A stretch of DNA of 64,000 nucleotides from Tolypothrix carrinoi HA7290-LM1 (GTDB lineage: Bacteria > Cyanobacteriota > Cyanobacteriia > Cyanobacteriales > Nostocaceae). Below are positions 61,135 through 64,000 of this stretch, piece after piece. Below the pieces are notes generated by a model. It did no database searches and had not been told where the DNA came from. It saw only the letters and a list, made by a program, of their open reading frames with translations. The stretch is from assembly GCA_019358935.1 (NCBI GenBank), contig JAHHIK010000012.1, positions 32,001 through 96,000 on the forward strand. Reading direction: 5' to 3'. Numbering within the stretch: the first letter of the stretch is position 1; each line of letters starts with the position of its first letter. The translations under genes were made by a program, and so were the position numbers.

Positions 61135-64000
61135 TTAAAACCGCTTTTCATACTCCAACACAGCATTAATGCCACATGAGTAAGTAGCAAAGTTGTCTTC
61201 ATCGTTACCACTTGCGGCAGAACAATTAGAGTTAGAGAATAAAGGCGCAGAACCACGTAGACGCAAGTTATCATTTATTCGGTAGTTAACACCTAATTGC
61301 AAGGGGTCTTCCGCAGTCAAAATCTTGATACCGGAAAAAGAAATCCTCGGAGTAATATCAATTCCAGCCTCAGCTCCCAATTCCAGACTGGAAGAATCAC
61401 TGACTGCTGAAATGGTTGGGAATAAACGGAATTCACTTAAGCCAAATGCATTGCCAATCTGGTTAAAAGTTCCTTGAAGGTTGAGAGCTGAACCTGCTAG
61501 GTTAGCAAGTGCCAGCGTACTGTCCCCACTTCCCAATGTATTGACAAAGCTACCACCAAGCAAAGCCACAATTTCGGTTTCGCTGCGTGCGGGACTACTT
61601 GTCAATTCTAAATTTTGGTTAAGTTGGCTAGCCAAACCTTCAACACGCGCTTCAACTTGAATAGTTCTGATCGGTTCAAAGTTGGGAATAAGACCATCGC
61701 TATCGTTGATTTCCGATGATACTGATGTGGTGGGAACCCGGTTCGGAACCGTATCTAGTACCTTGGCAAATAGCCTGACATTCAATTCCGGATCGAGTCC
61801 TCTCTCTGGGGTAAAAATTGCAGTTTGTTCGTAGCCACGGGCAAGATTAAATTGCGTAGTATACAAATTTACTCCGCCATTTCGCAAGGTAATAGTTCCA
61901 TCAGGTAACAAATTACCCAAAGCGCCGTTGATGGTGAGGGTGCCAGTAGCCCCAAAACTGATAAGAGGTGGACGGGTAACTTTTACGTTTTTGGCTAACT
62001 CAATCTCTAGATTATTAAACCTGGTCGTTGTCGTAGCCGCGCCGTTAGTAGGATTGTTTTTGTTCTGTTTGAGGGCTTTGGTTTGGGGTGGAACGCCTAC
62101 ATTATTAGTTCCCGGGTTAGTGGCATTATTAGATTCTGCTAACAACACTTGACCATTTGTCAACTGTACTTTACCGCCAATTATTGGGCTAAGGGCAGCA
62201 CCAGTAATTGTTACATTGCCACTGACACCACCTTGATACAATCCTTTGAGATTTAACGCCAACTGGTCAAGAGTAACTCTTAAGGGATTGTTTATTTGTA
62301 CTTGTCGATTGTTGGAAATAGGAATCTCTCCCGCCGCTGCTACTTTACCCCGGCTATAATTACCCTGGAGATTTTCTACTAAGATACTGTTAAAGTTAAA
62401 CAGCACTCTGCCGTTGACATCTGTCAGTTGTCCTGGTAAAGCTTGAGCCGAAAAGACACCATTGTTGATACTAGCAATTCCATTCACAACTGGATCTTGT
62501 CTTGTCCCGCGCACTGTTAAGTCTATTTCTCCCTGACCATTTTCCAATGCTACCTGGTTAGTGAACAGATTTAATAACGCCAATCCTTCATTTTTCACCT
62601 TTACATCTAGCTGAATTTCATTGCTATCTGGTGCTGCTGACGCAAAAGGAAACTGGTAGGGAATGCTACCACTGATGTTAACTGGTTCTGGACCAGAAAC
62701 CGTAACTCTACTGCCAAAGTTCAGGCGTCCGTCAGCATAAGCAAAAGTTGCAGCTGCTGATTCTATTGGTTTTTGATTGAGAGTTCCATCGGTGACTTGC
62801 AATTCCCCTCTAGCTTGCGGGTTCTTAATACTGCCTGCTAAAGCTGCTGAAGCGTCCAGATTACCTGTAAAACCAATCGGCAGTTTGACAAAATTATTCA
62901 GTACTCCTATAGGGAAATTACTGACTTGTAATTGACCCGATTGTTCTTCACTGCCAATGACACCTGTAAAAGCGATCAGTCTGTTTTGAGACTCCAGTCG
63001 TAAAGGTAACAATCTCAGAACGCCATTTTCCAAGCTACCTTCGGCAATTACTTTTTCGGCACTATAACAACGATCTATTTCTAAACATTGATTTTGTTCG
63101 TCTTTTGCACCCCAAACAAAGTTTTGACCGTCCAAATCAAAGTTTACAGCAAATCCTTTATTCGTACCTGTTTCCACGGCAACTTCACCGTTAAAAGTGC
63201 CGGTTAAATCTGCCAATGCTGGCAAAGGAGAAGCATCCCGCTGCTGTTGATCTTGTTGTGCTAGGAGTGCATCAATTTCATTAAAGCGCAGAAGTTGCGT
63301 AAATAAAGACTGATTGGGTAAACCTTGTGGGATGGTGACTAAATCCGCAGCTTTACCATAAGTTGGTGCTTCGGCACCGCGTTGGAAATCTTGGATTTCA
63401 AATAACTGGGCTACAAGCAAGACATCTTGGATATTACCTTGATTGATGTTAACTTTAGCTTGCAGTTGCGGAGTTTTGCCATTTTGGTTAAAAGTGCCGC
63501 TGAAAGCGTAGCGACTGTTGCCTTTGGCGAATTCGCTATTCTTTAGTGTTGCTATACCGTTGTTGTAGCTGAACTGAGCAGCAAAGCGATCGCCTTTAAT
63601 TCTGCCAACTTCTGGTTTATCAATATTAATATTACCCGTTGTCGCAAATGTTCGCTGATTAACCTCTAAATCTGCTGATATCAATCCAGCGATCGCACCT
63701 ACACCCAAGCGAATATTCGGTGGCGGATTTAATTTCAATACCTGCAAGGGGAAATCTCTGACTTGCACTGCCAAATTATCTCCTTGACTGCGACCAATTG
63801 CCGATGCTTGCTGCCACTGCACTACAAAAGATTCGGGGCGATTATTTTCATTGAGGTTAAAAGCAATGCGATCGCGTGTCCCTGCTAGATTCAAATTTAA
63901 ACCACGCCCCTGCACTGATTCAACTTTGCCACTCAACACCGGCTCAAAAGCTAAATTATTTACCACCAAGTCGCGTAAATTGAGTTGCCCTTCAACATTT
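61135..64000 (-). CDS. Translocation/assembly module TamB (DUF490) family protein, C-terminal part; 5' end lies beyond the window
   Basis: Long beta-rich ORF open to the window edge; C-terminal LTSSPARSETEIVALLG...LEYEKRF. Confidence 0.85.
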   Translation of the reverse strand, partial: NVEGQLNLRDLVVNNLAFEPVLSGKVESVQGRGLNLNLAGTRDRIAFNLNENNRPESFVVQWQQASAIGRSQGDNLAVQVRDFPLQVLKLNPPPNIRLGVGAIAGLISADLEVNQRTFATTGNINIDKPEVGRIKGDRFAAQFSYNNGIATLKNSEFAKGNSRYAFSGTFNQNGKTPQLQAKVNINQGNIQDVLLVAQLFEIQDFQRGAEAPTYGKAADLVTIPQGLPNQSLFTQLLRFNEIDALLAQQDQQQRDASPLPALADLTGTFNGEVAVETGTNKGFAVNFDLDGQNFVWGAKDEQNQCLEIDRCYSAEKVIAEGSLENGVLRLLPLRLESQNRLIAFTGVIGSEEQSGQLQVSNFPIGVLNNFVKLPIGFTGNLDASAALAGSIKNPQARGELQVTDGTLNQKPIESAAATFAYADGRLNFGSRVTVSGPEPVNISGSIPYQFPFASAAPDSNEIQLDVKVKNEGLALLNLFTNQVALENGQGEIDLTVRGTRQDPVVNGIASINNGVFSAQALPGQLTDVNGRVLFNFNSILVENLQGNYSRGKVAAAGEIPISNNRQVQINNPLRVTLDQLALNLKGLYQGGVSGNVTITGAALSPIIGGKVQLTNGQVLLAESNNATNPGTNNVGVPPQTKALKQNKNNPTNGAATTTTRFNNLEIELAKNVKVTRPPLISFGATGTLTINGALGNLLPDGTITLRNGGVNLYTTQFNLARGYEQTAIFTPERGLDPELNVRLFAKVLDTVPNRVPTTSVSSEINDSDGLIPNFEPIRTIQVEARVEGLASQLNQNLELTSSPARSETEIVALLGGSFVNTLGSGDSTLALANLAGSALNLQGTFNQIGNAFGLSEFRLFPTISAVSDSSSLELGAEAGIDITPRISFSGIKILTAEDPLQLGVNYRINDNLRLRGSAPLFSNSNCSAASGNDEDNFATYSCGINAVLEYEKRF

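Overview
A 64 kb chromosomal window from a heterocyst-forming (Nostocales-like) cyanobacterium, inferred from very frequent HIP1 (GCGATCGC) sites, abundant STRR-type tandem repeats and the gene content. The backbone is housekeeping: dnaX (partial), gatB, argJ, purM, sodB, panC/cmk, rlpA, nudC and a partial TamB-family gene. It also carries a TPR-CHAT protease, two sensor kinases, three acyltransferases and a decaying nucleoside/heterocycle catabolic cluster. The most notable non-annotated structures are: (1) an accessory island at ~17.4-23.7 kb with two canonical-looking integron attC sites delimiting two gene cassettes and no integrase in the window, preceded by four palindromic sites spaced ~40 bp apart that end at the first GTTRRRY core (attI-like); (2) three tandem promoter-plus-terminator copies of a ~50-nt candidate small RNA between gatB and argJ; (3) very small mobile repeats acting inside genes, including an identical 24-bp double-hairpin insertion in the HIP1 site of two diverged paralogs, a 78-bp in-frame insertion, and frameshifts beside HIP1 sites; (4) a 'prodomain-only' paralog directly upstream of the TPR-CHAT protease. 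I recognised no rRNA, tRNA or CRISPR array. All family assignments come from motif recognition by eye, not database searches.
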